From Candidatus Poseidoniales archaeon (GTDB lineage Archaea; Thermoplasmatota; Poseidoniia; Poseidoniales; Thalassarchaeaceae): a stretch of DNA of 64,000 bases. Position numbers and translations under genes: made by a program. Position 1 is the first letter of the stretch. Each line of letters begins with the position of its first letter. A model generated the notes under the pieces. That model did not search any database. It was not told where the DNA came from and saw only the letters and a program-made list of their open reading frames with translations. Below are positions 50,876-59,834 of the stretch, in pieces. The stretch is taken from NCBI GenBank assembly GCA_003602515.1, contig QQSB01000006.1:16234-80233 (forward strand). The letters are read 5' to 3'.

Positions 50876-52912
50876 ATGTCTAGTCAAAGAATAACTGCAA
50901 CTCTGATAGTCTCTCTATTTTTGCTATCTGGGTGCCTAAGTGATGAAGCACTTCCGGGAAGTCAGGAAACGGAAGATTGTACCGGTGAATCCTGTGAAGA
51001 CGAAAACTCAGTTGTGGAAGAAGAGATCTTAGAGGAAGAGATCCCCATATCCGGAACAAATTTCTGCGATAACACCAATCCAGACCATTGCCTTCTACCA
51101 TTCCCCTCCTCCGCATTCCTTGATTCCGACTCCGGAACAACTACTGGATATAGGTTGGATATCGATGGTCAAGCAATACCTGACTCAGCCTCCGCACCAT
51201 CCGAAGATTTCCATATGCTTGATTACAAGGATGGACACTCTCCATCCACGCAGATATTTACAACATTTAGTAGCCTTCCAGAACTCTCTGGACTAGCTTC
51301 TCAGGAAACCATTGACCTGTCTATTCTCCCTGATCACAATAGTCTGCTTCTTAATGTGGACACGGGTCAGATAGAGGAACATTGGGTGGAAATCTCTTCC
51401 CGAACACAGGAAGACGAACCACCCCTCGTTCACATCCGATCCCTTAGGGGGCTCGATCACAACACACAGTACGCAGTAGCATTCAGGGGACTTTCAGATG
51501 AGAATGGAGATGCTATCGAACCATTTCCAGGATTCAAGGCATTAAGGGATGAGATAGCTACCGATAACCAACAGATTGAATCACTTCGATCCAGCTACGA
51601 AACAATGTTCACTTCGCTTTCCGAGGTTGGCTACGAAAGGAATGATCTGATTAGTGCGTGGTGGTTTCACACAGCATCTACACAATCAATTACTGGAGAC
51701 ATCATTTCCATGAGGGACGATGCAACACAACGCCTAGGTGACAATGGCATAGGGTGTAATGTCACATCAGTGATAGAGAACTATGCTGAAGACAATACTA
51801 CTCTCAGGAGAATAAGTGGTACAATCACAACTCCTCATTATCTGGAAGCCACCTACCCACCTACTCCCATGATTCGTTCTGAGGATGGGACTCCCCAATT
51901 CAACTTCCTGTCAGAGGTTGTCTTCACTGTGACTATCCCAATGTCCGCAGCAGAGTCCTCACAACCCGCACCACTTGTAGTTCTGGGGCATGGTTTCCTA
52001 GGAAATGGGGAGGGTATGGTCTCGGGATTCAGAGGATGGGCGAATGACTCGGGAATGGCGACAATAGGGACCGACTTCAAGGGATGGAGTTCAGACGGTG
52101 ACTTCGATGCTGTCACATTTGGATTGATGAATGTGAACTATCTCCAGCATCAGTCTGAGAGACTCCAGCAATCTGTTATCAACCACCTTGCAATGATCAC
52201 TACCATCAAAGGGATTTGCTCCGATATCCCTGAATTCTACCACAATGGGGTAAATCTGGTGGACACTACAGATGTCGATTACATGGGAGTCTCTCTAGGG
52301 GGAATAAGAGGGCCATCAATGCTTTCTCTAATCCCAGAAATTGACCGTGGAGTTCTTTGGGTGGCAGGGTCATCTTTCAGTTTTATTGCCGAGAGATCCA
52401 CTCAGTATACCCAATTCGAGCAACTTTTCTCATCCCCTCTTGCTTACGAATCGACAATGGACCGATCCATACTGATTGCATTGATGCAGTCTATGTGGGA
52501 CACTACCGAACCAGAAACCTATCTTCCATTCATTAACGGGGGTTTAGATGGTGAACTGTATCCTTACGATGTCCTTTACCTGGTTTCAATTAACGATGCG
52601 CAAGTCACTACCCTATCTGCGGACCGAGCCTCAAGGACTTCTGGAATCCCAGTACTTGCCAACTCCACGTATCACCCTCACGGGCTGGAGATTGCCGATG
52701 CTCCGACCACGGGCTCTGCAATCGTTTACTTCGATGGTAACTTCCCGGCAGTTCCTTCAGGAAACATACAGGGGCCAATGGCCTACCACTCCCTAGCGCA
52801 TAATCAGGTTCTAGGATTTGAACCTGCGATTGACTTAGCATCAGGCTTCCTGCAAAGTGGAACTATTGCCGATGAATGCTCCGGAAAATGCTACTTCAAT
52901 GGTACCTGGTAG
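50876..52912 (+). CDS. Lipoprotein, alpha/beta-hydrolase (extracellular lipase/esterase-like)
   Basis: Lipobox 'LLSGC'; 'CLLPFPS' N-domain; 'LGHGFLG'; nucleophile elbow 'GVSLGG'; C-terminal His. Confidence 0.75.
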   Translation: MSSQRITATLIVSLFLLSGCLSDEALPGSQETEDCTGESCEDENSVVEEEILEEEIPISGTNFCDNTNPDHCLLPFPSSAFLDSDSGTTTGYRLDIDGQAIPDSASAPSEDFHMLDYKDGHSPSTQIFTTFSSLPELSGLASQETIDLSILPDHNSLLLNVDTGQIEEHWVEISSRTQEDEPPLVHIRSLRGLDHNTQYAVAFRGLSDENGDAIEPFPGFKALRDEIATDNQQIESLRSSYETMFTSLSEVGYERNDLISAWWFHTASTQSITGDIISMRDDATQRLGDNGIGCNVTSVIENYAEDNTTLRRISGTITTPHYLEATYPPTPMIRSEDGTPQFNFLSEVVFTVTIPMSAAESSQPAPLVVLGHGFLGNGEGMVSGFRGWANDSGMATIGTDFKGWSSDGDFDAVTFGLMNVNYLQHQSERLQQSVINHLAMITTIKGICSDIPEFYHNGVNLVDTTDVDYMGVSLGGIRGPSMLSLIPEIDRGVLWVAGSSFSFIAERSTQYTQFEQLFSSPLAYESTMDRSILIALMQSMWDTTEPETYLPFINGGLDGELYPYDVLYLVSINDAQVTTLSADRASRTSGIPVLANSTYHPHGLEIADAPTTGSAIVYFDGNFPAVPSGNIQGPMAYHSLAHNQVLGFEPAIDLASGFLQSGTIADECSGKCYFNGTW

Positions 52913-52916
52913 TAAT

Positions 52917-53801
52917 TCAATAGTTCACTCTTTCTTCTTTCTCCCCAGAGGTCCAATCGTAGATACCTGCCCCGGACTTCTTTCCGAGATGCCCGGATTC
53001 TACCATCTCATTCAGGAGTGGATGCGGCCGATATGAATCATCATCGAATGCTTCTGCAAGGCTGTTCAGGATGTCCCTCCTCACATCAAGGCCAACTAGG
53101 TCCGACAATTCCAGAGGGCCCATGGGGTGCCTGTATCCCAAGCGCATTGCAGTGTCAATGTCACTCGCAGAGGCCACACCCTCTGCTAGCATCCTTATCG
53201 CCTCGTTCCCAAGAACAACTCCAAGTCGGCTTGTCGCAAACCCAGGCACGTCCCTGACTAGAATGGTGGTCTTCCCCATCGCTTCTCCTACTTCCTTTGC
53301 AATTGATACGGTGCGTTCGTCGACTGCGTCGTGACGCACTATCTCCAGGAGTTTCATCAGTGGTACTGGATTGAAGAAATGCATCCCTATCACTCTCTCG
53401 GGGCAACTAGTGTGTGCAGCAATCTCAGAAATCGGTAGACCAGATGTGTTGGTAGCGAGAACCGCATTCGGAGATGCCAAGTCCTCTAACTCTTGGAAAA
53501 TAGACCTCTTCAGTTCCATCTTCTCTGGCACTGCTTCTATTACAATATCCGATTCATCCACAGCTTCAGACATCTCGCTGGTCGGAATCAGTTTGGACCT
53601 CCATTCCTCCTTCTGTTTGGCGGTGGTCTTGCCCTTGGAGATCCCCCTCTCCCAGAAATCCTCTATAGTCCTCATTCCCCTCTCTAGGGATTCGGGAAAT
53701 GCATCGAAGAGACGAGTCTCCCAACCAGTCTGAGCGCAGACCTGGGCAATTCCCGATCCCATCGTACCAGCTCCGATTACTGCAATCGTGCGTATTGTCA
53801 C
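52917..53801 (-). CDS. 3-hydroxyacyl-CoA dehydrogenase
   Basis: 'IGAGTMGSGIA', 'IEAVPE', 'TNTS', 'GMHFFNPV', 'HPMGPLELSDLVGLD'; GTG start at 53801 chosen. Confidence 0.93.
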   Translation of the reverse strand: MTIRTIAVIGAGTMGSGIAQVCAQTGWETRLFDAFPESLERGMRTIEDFWERGISKGKTTAKQKEEWRSKLIPTSEMSEAVDESDIVIEAVPEKMELKRSIFQELEDLASPNAVLATNTSGLPISEIAAHTSCPERVIGMHFFNPVPLMKLLEIVRHDAVDERTVSIAKEVGEAMGKTTILVRDVPGFATSRLGVVLGNEAIRMLAEGVASASDIDTAMRLGYRHPMGPLELSDLVGLDVRRDILNSLAEAFDDDSYRPHPLLNEMVESGHLGKKSGAGIYDWTSGEKEERVNY

Positions 53802-53835
53802 GAGTGTCGGAAGGTCTGCTGGGAAATAAGCAGTG

Positions 53836-54399
53836 CTAACTCTCGCGACCATATGCTGCTAGAGCGGACTGGAACAGCCTCTGCCGAGGGACGTCATGCT
53901 CCAAGAAGCATGTGAAGGGGGCTACATCCTTCAGAAGCTCGATGGAAGAGACGTATGCCCCATAGATGAATGGGTCTGCCTCCTTCATCTCGGGGATGTC
54001 AATGCCTAGTTTTCCTAGACCCTTTCTGGTGTCATCATCCCATATTGAGTATGTATGATGGGTGAAGTGCAGGTATGCGGAGAGCCTTCTGATGTCGGAT
54101 CTAGCCTTGTCAGTCAGACTCTCGATCAGAAGCGTATCCGGATAGCGAATAGCATACAGCGACAGTAGAACCTCCCTTTGCGTCTCAGCCCTCCATGCTC
54201 TATCCTCAAGTCCCATCCATCCGTCAATCATATCGAGCATTTCTGGGGTGTAGGGGCGACTGACTCGGTAGAGCAGACTCTCGTATTCGTCCGGATCCTG
54301 CTCCTCCGAGTGGTGATGCTCATGGAATAGCTCGGTCAGCCTGTCGAAGAATGGCAGGCAGAGTTCCTTGTCAAAAATGGATAGAGCGACGTGTTGCAT
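53836..54399 (-). CDS. Hypothetical protein within the boxB-like operon
   Basis: 187-aa ORF closely spaced and co-oriented between the boxB-like gene and the dehydrogenase. Confidence 0.65.
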   Translation of the reverse strand: MQHVALSIFDKELCLPFFDRLTELFHEHHHSEEQDPDEYESLLYRVSRPYTPEMLDMIDGWMGLEDRAWRAETQREVLLSLYAIRYPDTLLIESLTDKARSDIRRLSAYLHFTHHTYSIWDDDTRKGLGKLGIDIPEMKEADPFIYGAYVSSIELLKDVAPFTCFLEHDVPRQRLFQSALAAYGRES

Positions 54400-54414
54400 G
54401 GAAATCCCCCTGGT

Positions 54415-55557
54415 CTATTTCCCCTTCCATTCCCTGTACTGAATCCAATCCTGCTTCATGTAGTCGTTAACCAGCCTTTCCTCGTCCTCCTCGGTCGGAA
54501 GGACGCTTGCCAGGTAGTCCTCCCACTCTTGGTCGCTACCGTCGAAAGGCTCCCCCTCCACAGTGTAATTCTTCCCAGCGTACTTCCCGATACCCCTCTT
54601 GAATTTGTCAGAGGGGATGAAAAGCTCCGGCTCTCCTTCCTTACGGGCTTTACTGATCCTCCTCATCTCCTCGCTAAGCTCTTGAAAATATAGATCTCTG
54701 CTAGCCTCGTTGAGGTGATCCCTGTCTGCAGACTCAGTCGCCTCCCTCTCGTCATAACGGCCCTTTATGCCATAGACGTAGGCCCATTGCGCGCTCGTCG
54801 AGTCATCGGTCCCGAACAGGTCTAATCCGGTACTGACCCATTTGTTTACGTATTTCTGTACTAGGGCACATGGGATGACTCCCTGCTTCACTATCCTCCT
54901 GAGGCCATTGGCCCCCGTACCTAGGTGGAAAGACTCCTCCTTGAGCATCGGGCCCATGCTTGCTGCAAGCGGTTTGAAGGAGGAAGTGCTGAGCATCTTC
55001 AGCTGATATTTTCCATCCCTGTCGATGAAGTGTGTGAACATGAAGAAGTCCAGCCAGTGGTCTATTGGCTCGTTAAACGACCCAAGGATTCTCGTCCCCT
55101 CCTGTGCGTTCCTCTCCAGGAGCTTCGCAGCCTCTCTGACTCCCTGTTCCCCGAAGAATGTGCAAAGCAGGTAAGCCATCTGCCATCCGTGCCGCTGCTC
55201 TTCACACATGATTCTGAGAGCAGACTTCTTGTCGTACTCGGTTGGTGCCGTTTCCAGAAGATGGTTCTGCTGCTCGACGCTCGCGAACTCAGTGTCGCCC
55301 TGGACACTTACCATGGTGATTATCGCATCCATTATGTTCTGTTGTGGGATTTGCATTCTACGGTCCCACTTGGGCATACCCTCGAAATCACCGAACTCAA
55401 TCTCGTTGCCAGCAGTGTCCCAGTCGAACTTAATATCGAATCTATAGTCTCCAAGCCAAGAGGGATCGAACCCAATCCTAGTCTGCCATTCATTGAATTC
55501 TTCAATCCACGTCTCAAAGTTCGTGGGGTAACTTTCTACTACCTCTGTATCAGCCAT
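54415..55557 (-). CDS. BoxB/PaaA-family diiron aryl-CoA epoxidase
   Basis: 'QGDTEFASVEQQ', ExxH 'EEQRHGWQM', 'LGSFN', 'DRDGKYQL', second ExxH 'EESFH', 'QKYVNKW...DLFG' match benzoyl-CoA epoxidase BoxB blocks. Confidence 0.85.
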   Translation of the reverse strand: MADTEVVESYPTNFETWIEEFNEWQTRIGFDPSWLGDYRFDIKFDWDTAGNEIEFGDFEGMPKWDRRMQIPQQNIMDAIITMVSVQGDTEFASVEQQNHLLETAPTEYDKKSALRIMCEEQRHGWQMAYLLCTFFGEQGVREAAKLLERNAQEGTRILGSFNEPIDHWLDFFMFTHFIDRDGKYQLKMLSTSSFKPLAASMGPMLKEESFHLGTGANGLRRIVKQGVIPCALVQKYVNKWVSTGLDLFGTDDSTSAQWAYVYGIKGRYDEREATESADRDHLNEASRDLYFQELSEEMRRISKARKEGEPELFIPSDKFKRGIGKYAGKNYTVEGEPFDGSDQEWEDYLASVLPTEEDEERLVNDYMKQDWIQYREWKGK

Positions 55558-55621
55558 TGAGCATCCCAGTACAAACGGGTATTTCAGAGATTGCTTCTCT
55601 CAACTACACAGCGTTCTCTGG

Positions 55622-56482
55622 TTACTTTCCTTCGAACCTGGGCGTCTGCTTGTCGACGTATGCCTTGATGCCAGTCTTAGCATCATCCGACTGGAATAGG
55701 TCGGACTGCAACTCGCGCTCCAAAGCCAGATGATATTCCAGCGGGATCTCCAGTCCGCTCTGCACGCTTCGCTTGATATTCCCGATCGCCTTTGCTGCAG
55801 CGAATGGGAGTGTGAAGCGTCCAGAGTAGTCGAGGACATCCTGATGGAACTCTTCCAGAGTCATGCTATCATAGATGTCATGAACCAGATCCATGTCCTT
55901 CGCTTCTTCGAAGGAGAACTTCCTACCAGTAACCATGATCTCCATTGCCCTAGCCTTTCCGACAAGACGTGAAAGTCTAGCAGTACCTCCGGTCCCAGCT
56001 AGAACGCCCAGTGAGACCTCAGGTAGTCCGACCTGGAAGTTACCCTTTCTCGCGATTCTTATGTCAGCAGCCATTGCTATTTCCAAACCTCCTCCAACAG
56101 TATGTCCATTCAGAGCCGCGATAACTATCTTTGGCGTTTGCTCCAATCTCGACAGAGTCTCATTGGCATGAAGACAGAAGAAATACTTGTATCGTGGAGT
56201 GAGTTTGTTCAGATACTTGATGCTAGCTCCAGCAGAAAAGAACTTCTCGCCATGACCAGTTAGAAGAATTACTGAGACATCATCATCAAATCTAGCGCTC
56301 AGGATAGCATCATCAATGTCGTGCCACATCTCCCTCGTGTAGGTGTTAACAGCCGTCCTATCTCCCTCAAGGGGATCTCCATCGGAATCGGATGCCAGTT
56401 CGATTATCGCTACTCCGTTTTCTGTCACCCCGTAGTTTACGAGGTGGTTTTTCATGGGCTTTAACTCGGGCCATGTTGTCAT
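55622..56482 (-). CDS. Crotonase-family protein (candidate ring-opening hydrolase partner of the BoxB-like enzyme)
   Basis: 'FFSAGA', 'GGGLEIAMAAD', 'GLPEVSLGVLAGTGGT'; immediately upstream of the boxB-like gene. Confidence 0.8.
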   Translation of the reverse strand: MTTWPELKPMKNHLVNYGVTENGVAIIELASDSDGDPLEGDRTAVNTYTREMWHDIDDAILSARFDDDVSVILLTGHGEKFFSAGASIKYLNKLTPRYKYFFCLHANETLSRLEQTPKIVIAALNGHTVGGGLEIAMAADIRIARKGNFQVGLPEVSLGVLAGTGGTARLSRLVGKARAMEIMVTGRKFSFEEAKDMDLVHDIYDSMTLEEFHQDVLDYSGRFTLPFAAAKAIGNIKRSVQSGLEIPLEYHLALERELQSDLFQSDDAKTGIKAYVDKQTPRFEGK

Positions 56483-56532
56483 GCTCACACGACCGAGTTC
56501 CGCCATATCAACCAAACGGAGGACTAACTAGG

Positions 56533-57771
56533 CTAACTATCCGACTCTTGGAAAGAAAGTTTTCCACCGCCTTTCCTGACCGAATCCCACTCTTCCCGTA
56601 TTTTCCTAGCCCTTTCGCTGGGCTCCCAGATGTCTCTGTTTAGGGGTTTCCTGAATGGCATTCTGTGAACTACTCTCCCATCGGAGAGGATCTTTTTCCT
56701 AAGCATTCCAATTTTCACTATCGGCCAGAGTGCTCTCCGAATCAGCCCAGGTTTGTACAGCCAACGCATGAAACTCAAACCATCCCCCTTCCTTCTCTGG
56801 TCTCTCATCCACTGATTAGCCACAATCTTGAATCCTCTGTCTCCGACCCTGTTCATCAGGAATCGGTTAATCGCACTCGCTCTAACTAGCGGAACCAGTC
56901 GTCCCCTGATTTCTTTCTCGTAATCTAACTCTCCTAGTATGGCTTTGGCGGAGAGAACCCCACTAGTAATTGCGTATCTCATTCCAAAACCCCACATGAA
57001 GTCTTGCAATCCGCCCGCCTCTCCGACGTAGAACCTCCCTTCGTGTTCGTATTTGGTCGGCAGCCCAAAATCTCCCTTGCCTCCAACCCTCTTGATAGGT
57101 TTCCTATTCAGATCGTAGTTCTCCTCGTACCAAGCAATTGTCTCGTCAAGATAACGACCGCTATTCCTCTGCTTCCTCCAAAGGCATGTGCAAATCAGAC
57201 CTATTCCGTCAATAATGATCAAGTAAGAATATGCCCCTGGAGCCAATTTATCATTTAGTTGGAATGCCACTATGTTTCGATGACTGGTCTCAAAGATCTC
57301 TCCGTATGCGACAGCACTGGATTCTCTTGGCCCAGCGGCCACAATGTCGCATTCTTCTGGCGGTTTTCTGGTTCCATAGTGGATTTTTGCCCCCGATTCC
57401 AAAGCCATCCTCTTGAAACCCTGATCTATTGTGTGTCCCGATGTTCCCCTTTCGACCACTCTGAATGCCACTCCATCTGTTTCTGGGTGGGTGACCACGT
57501 CATCTGGATGAATCAGATCGATTATCCCAAATGCATCGGATTTGAACTCATTCGTATCAAATCCCCATTCGGCTAACTCGTCAAAGAAGTCTACTTCACC
57601 AGTCCAATTCTCTATTCCTTGAAAGTCACCATCAAACCTCGCCCCACTATCCTTTCTTATCTCATGGACGTGGACATCCTTGCCGGATCGGGCCAAAATT
57701 GTGGCTGCAGCCAAACCAGACAGTCCAGCCCCAAGGATATGCACTTCATCGCTCACAATATCGCGAATCAT
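56533..57771 (-). CDS. FAD-dependent oxidoreductase (geranylgeranyl reductase-like)
   Basis: 'ILGAGLSGLAAA', 'APGAYSY', 'VGEAGGLQD...GFGMRYA'; start reset from the ORF-track 58116 to avoid overlap with moaE. Confidence 0.78.
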   Translation of the reverse strand: MIRDIVSDEVHILGAGLSGLAAATILARSGKDVHVHEIRKDSGARFDGDFQGIENWTGEVDFFDELAEWGFDTNEFKSDAFGIIDLIHPDDVVTHPETDGVAFRVVERGTSGHTIDQGFKRMALESGAKIHYGTRKPPEECDIVAAGPRESSAVAYGEIFETSHRNIVAFQLNDKLAPGAYSYLIIIDGIGLICTCLWRKQRNSGRYLDETIAWYEENYDLNRKPIKRVGGKGDFGLPTKYEHEGRFYVGEAGGLQDFMWGFGMRYAITSGVLSAKAILGELDYEKEIRGRLVPLVRASAINRFLMNRVGDRGFKIVANQWMRDQRRKGDGLSFMRWLYKPGLIRRALWPIVKIGMLRKKILSDGRVVHRMPFRKPLNRDIWEPSERARKIREEWDSVRKGGGKLSFQESDS

Positions 57772-57832
57772 TGCTTTCGCTTGAACAGTTGGGTCATCCG
57801 TCGATTTCAAGCGAGTAATCTCATGGCGCACT

Positions 57833-58252
57833 GTGACCGTGCATATCGAGATAGCCAGAGGTCCCCTCGACACCGCTGAACTAAGGGGCTTGGTTGATTC
57901 ACAAGGATGCGGCAGCATAGTTAGTTTTGTAGGGATTACTAGGGGGATGGAAGATGGCTTCTCGGTTAAGAGTCTCGAATTTGATGCTTGGGAAGGCAGA
58001 CTGGAAGATGTGCTTAGAAGCATTGCAGACCAGTCGATATCCAAGTTTGGAGTAAAATCAGTGGTCATGGCCCATCGGATAGGCTCGGTTAAACCCGAAG
58101 AGAACATAGTTTGCATCCACGTAGGATCGGCCCACAGGTCAGAGGGTTTCTCCGCATGCTCGTGGCTAATCTCAGAATTAAAGAAGCAGGCCCCACTATG
58201 GAAGAAGGAGATTAGAGAGGATGGAGAGTTCTGGAAGGCAGGTCTTGGTTGA
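57833..58252 (+). CDS. moaE: Molybdopterin synthase catalytic subunit
   Basis: 'GSIVSFVGITR', 'HRIG', 'SAHR', 'LKKQAPLWKKE'. Confidence 0.92.
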   Translation: MTVHIEIARGPLDTAELRGLVDSQGCGSIVSFVGITRGMEDGFSVKSLEFDAWEGRLEDVLRSIADQSISKFGVKSVVMAHRIGSVKPEENIVCIHVGSAHRSEGFSACSWLISELKKQAPLWKKEIREDGEFWKAGLG

Positions 58253-58321
58253 TCGACAATAACTCCAGATCCCCTCTTCCGAGCCTCTGAATAGGGACTG
58301 CCTCCTCGGAGTTAATATGAT

Positions 58322-58774
58322 GTGGGGGATGACTCCTTGGGAATAGTGGATGTGGGATCAAAGCCAATACTCGAGAGAGAAGCTACTGCTACTGGGTCTA
58401 TTCGTCTCTCCAAGGAGGCTATCGACTCTGTCATTAATGGAAAATCCCCCAAGGGGGACGTCAGGGAAGCATCCACCATCTCTGCAATCCAGGCTGTCAA
58501 GGAGACACCTCGCACACTCCCCCATTGCCACCCCATACCAATCGAGGCTTGCAATGTTGAATGGGATGTTGCCGAGGAGCAACTGCATTGTACAGTTACT
58601 GTTCGCACTCACTGGACCACTGGAGTTGAGATGGAGGCTCTTTGCGGAGTTAGTGCTGGATTACTTTGTGCGTGGGATATGCTCAAACCCATTGAGAAGG
58701 ACGAAAACGGCCAGTATCCAACTGTCTCTATCGAAGGGATAAGGGTACTACGGAAGAAAAAGATACACCCATAG
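58322..58774 (+). CDS. moaC: Cyclic pyranopterin monophosphate synthase
   Basis: 'VDVGSK', 'KGDV', 'LPHCHP', 'TGVEMEAL', 'WDMLK'. Confidence 0.93.
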   Translation: MGDDSLGIVDVGSKPILEREATATGSIRLSKEAIDSVINGKSPKGDVREASTISAIQAVKETPRTLPHCHPIPIEACNVEWDVAEEQLHCTVTVRTHWTTGVEMEALCGVSAGLLCAWDMLKPIEKDENGQYPTVSIEGIRVLRKKKIHP

Positions 58775-58804
58775 GTTTGATTTCCCTAACCCCTTCACAA
58801 GGAC

Positions 58805-59752
58805 ATGCCAACTGCGGATCTGACTCCAGAGTTTCTGAAGGCGACTGAGGCAGCAGCAATTGCTGCCTCAAAATGGAAGGGGCTAGGCGATGGAAAGGCT
58901 GCGGATGGAGCAGCCGTGGAAGCAATGCGTGAAGTCTTCGACTCGATCCCATTCGATGGACGGGTCGCAATCGGAGAGGGGGAGCGAGACGATGCTCCCA
59001 TGCTTTGGATCGGAGAGCCATTGGGTTCGAAGCAAGGAGATCCCAATGCCATGTCCATCGATATCGCTGTAGATCCTCTCGAATGCACAAATCACGTTGC
59101 TTCTGATCTGCCAAATGCTATGGCAGTTCTCGCTGCAGGGCCAAGGGGTTCACTTCTCCATGCCCCTGACTGTTACATGGACAAGATTGCAGGCCCAGCA
59201 GAGATTTCAGGTGTAACTAGTCTGGAAGCGGATGTGGATTACAACATTGAAGGGGCCTCAAATGCCATAGGAAAGAGGCCCGAAGAGATGAAAGTTGTAG
59301 TGATGGATAGACCTAGGCACAATGAACTAATCAGAGATTTGAAGAATCTCGGAATAAAACCAATATTAATTGGTGATGGTGACATTACTGCCGCTCTTAA
59401 TGCAGCAGATCCAAATTCGGAGATAGACATGCTAATGGGGATTGGTGCCGCCCCAGAGGGAGTAATTACCGCTACCGCATTGAGAGGCCTTGGATCCTCA
59501 TTCGAAGGTCGTTTAGTTTTCAAGAATGATGGCCACAGAGAGAGGGCAGAGAAAATGATTGACGGAGATATCGAGAGGATATGGGGTCGAGATGAGCTAT
59601 GCTCCTCTGATGACTCAATTTTTATTGGAACTGGTGTTTGTGATGGAAGGACAAAGGGGGTTGAGGATATCGGAGACAATGTTCACAGAGTATCTTCAGA
59701 GATTATTGATGTCCAATCGAAAAATCACTACTTTTCTTCAACGATTGTTTAG
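58805..59752 (+). CDS. glpX: Class II fructose-1,6-bisphosphatase
   Basis: 'TEAAA', 'ADGAAVEAMR', 'IGEGERDDAPML', 'DIAVDPLE', 'DRPRH', 'DGD', 'GAAPEGV'. Confidence 0.92.
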   Translation: MPTADLTPEFLKATEAAAIAASKWKGLGDGKAADGAAVEAMREVFDSIPFDGRVAIGEGERDDAPMLWIGEPLGSKQGDPNAMSIDIAVDPLECTNHVASDLPNAMAVLAAGPRGSLLHAPDCYMDKIAGPAEISGVTSLEADVDYNIEGASNAIGKRPEEMKVVVMDRPRHNELIRDLKNLGIKPILIGDGDITAALNAADPNSEIDMLMGIGAAPEGVITATALRGLGSSFEGRLVFKNDGHRERAEKMIDGDIERIWGRDELCSSDDSIFIGTGVCDGRTKGVEDIGDNVHRVSSEIIDVQSKNHYFSSTIV

Positions 59753-59834
59753 CCCGGAACTATAACCCAGGGAACCAATACCAAAGTCGATGGTTTCTTT
59801 TCTCAGAACGTTTTCCACAGATTCGGGGAAGAGG

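Noticed and set aside
57772-58116. 527-aa version of the FAD oxidoreductase overlapping moaE
   Set aside because: The extension is antisense to a clear moaE, and the Rossmann motif begins just after 57771
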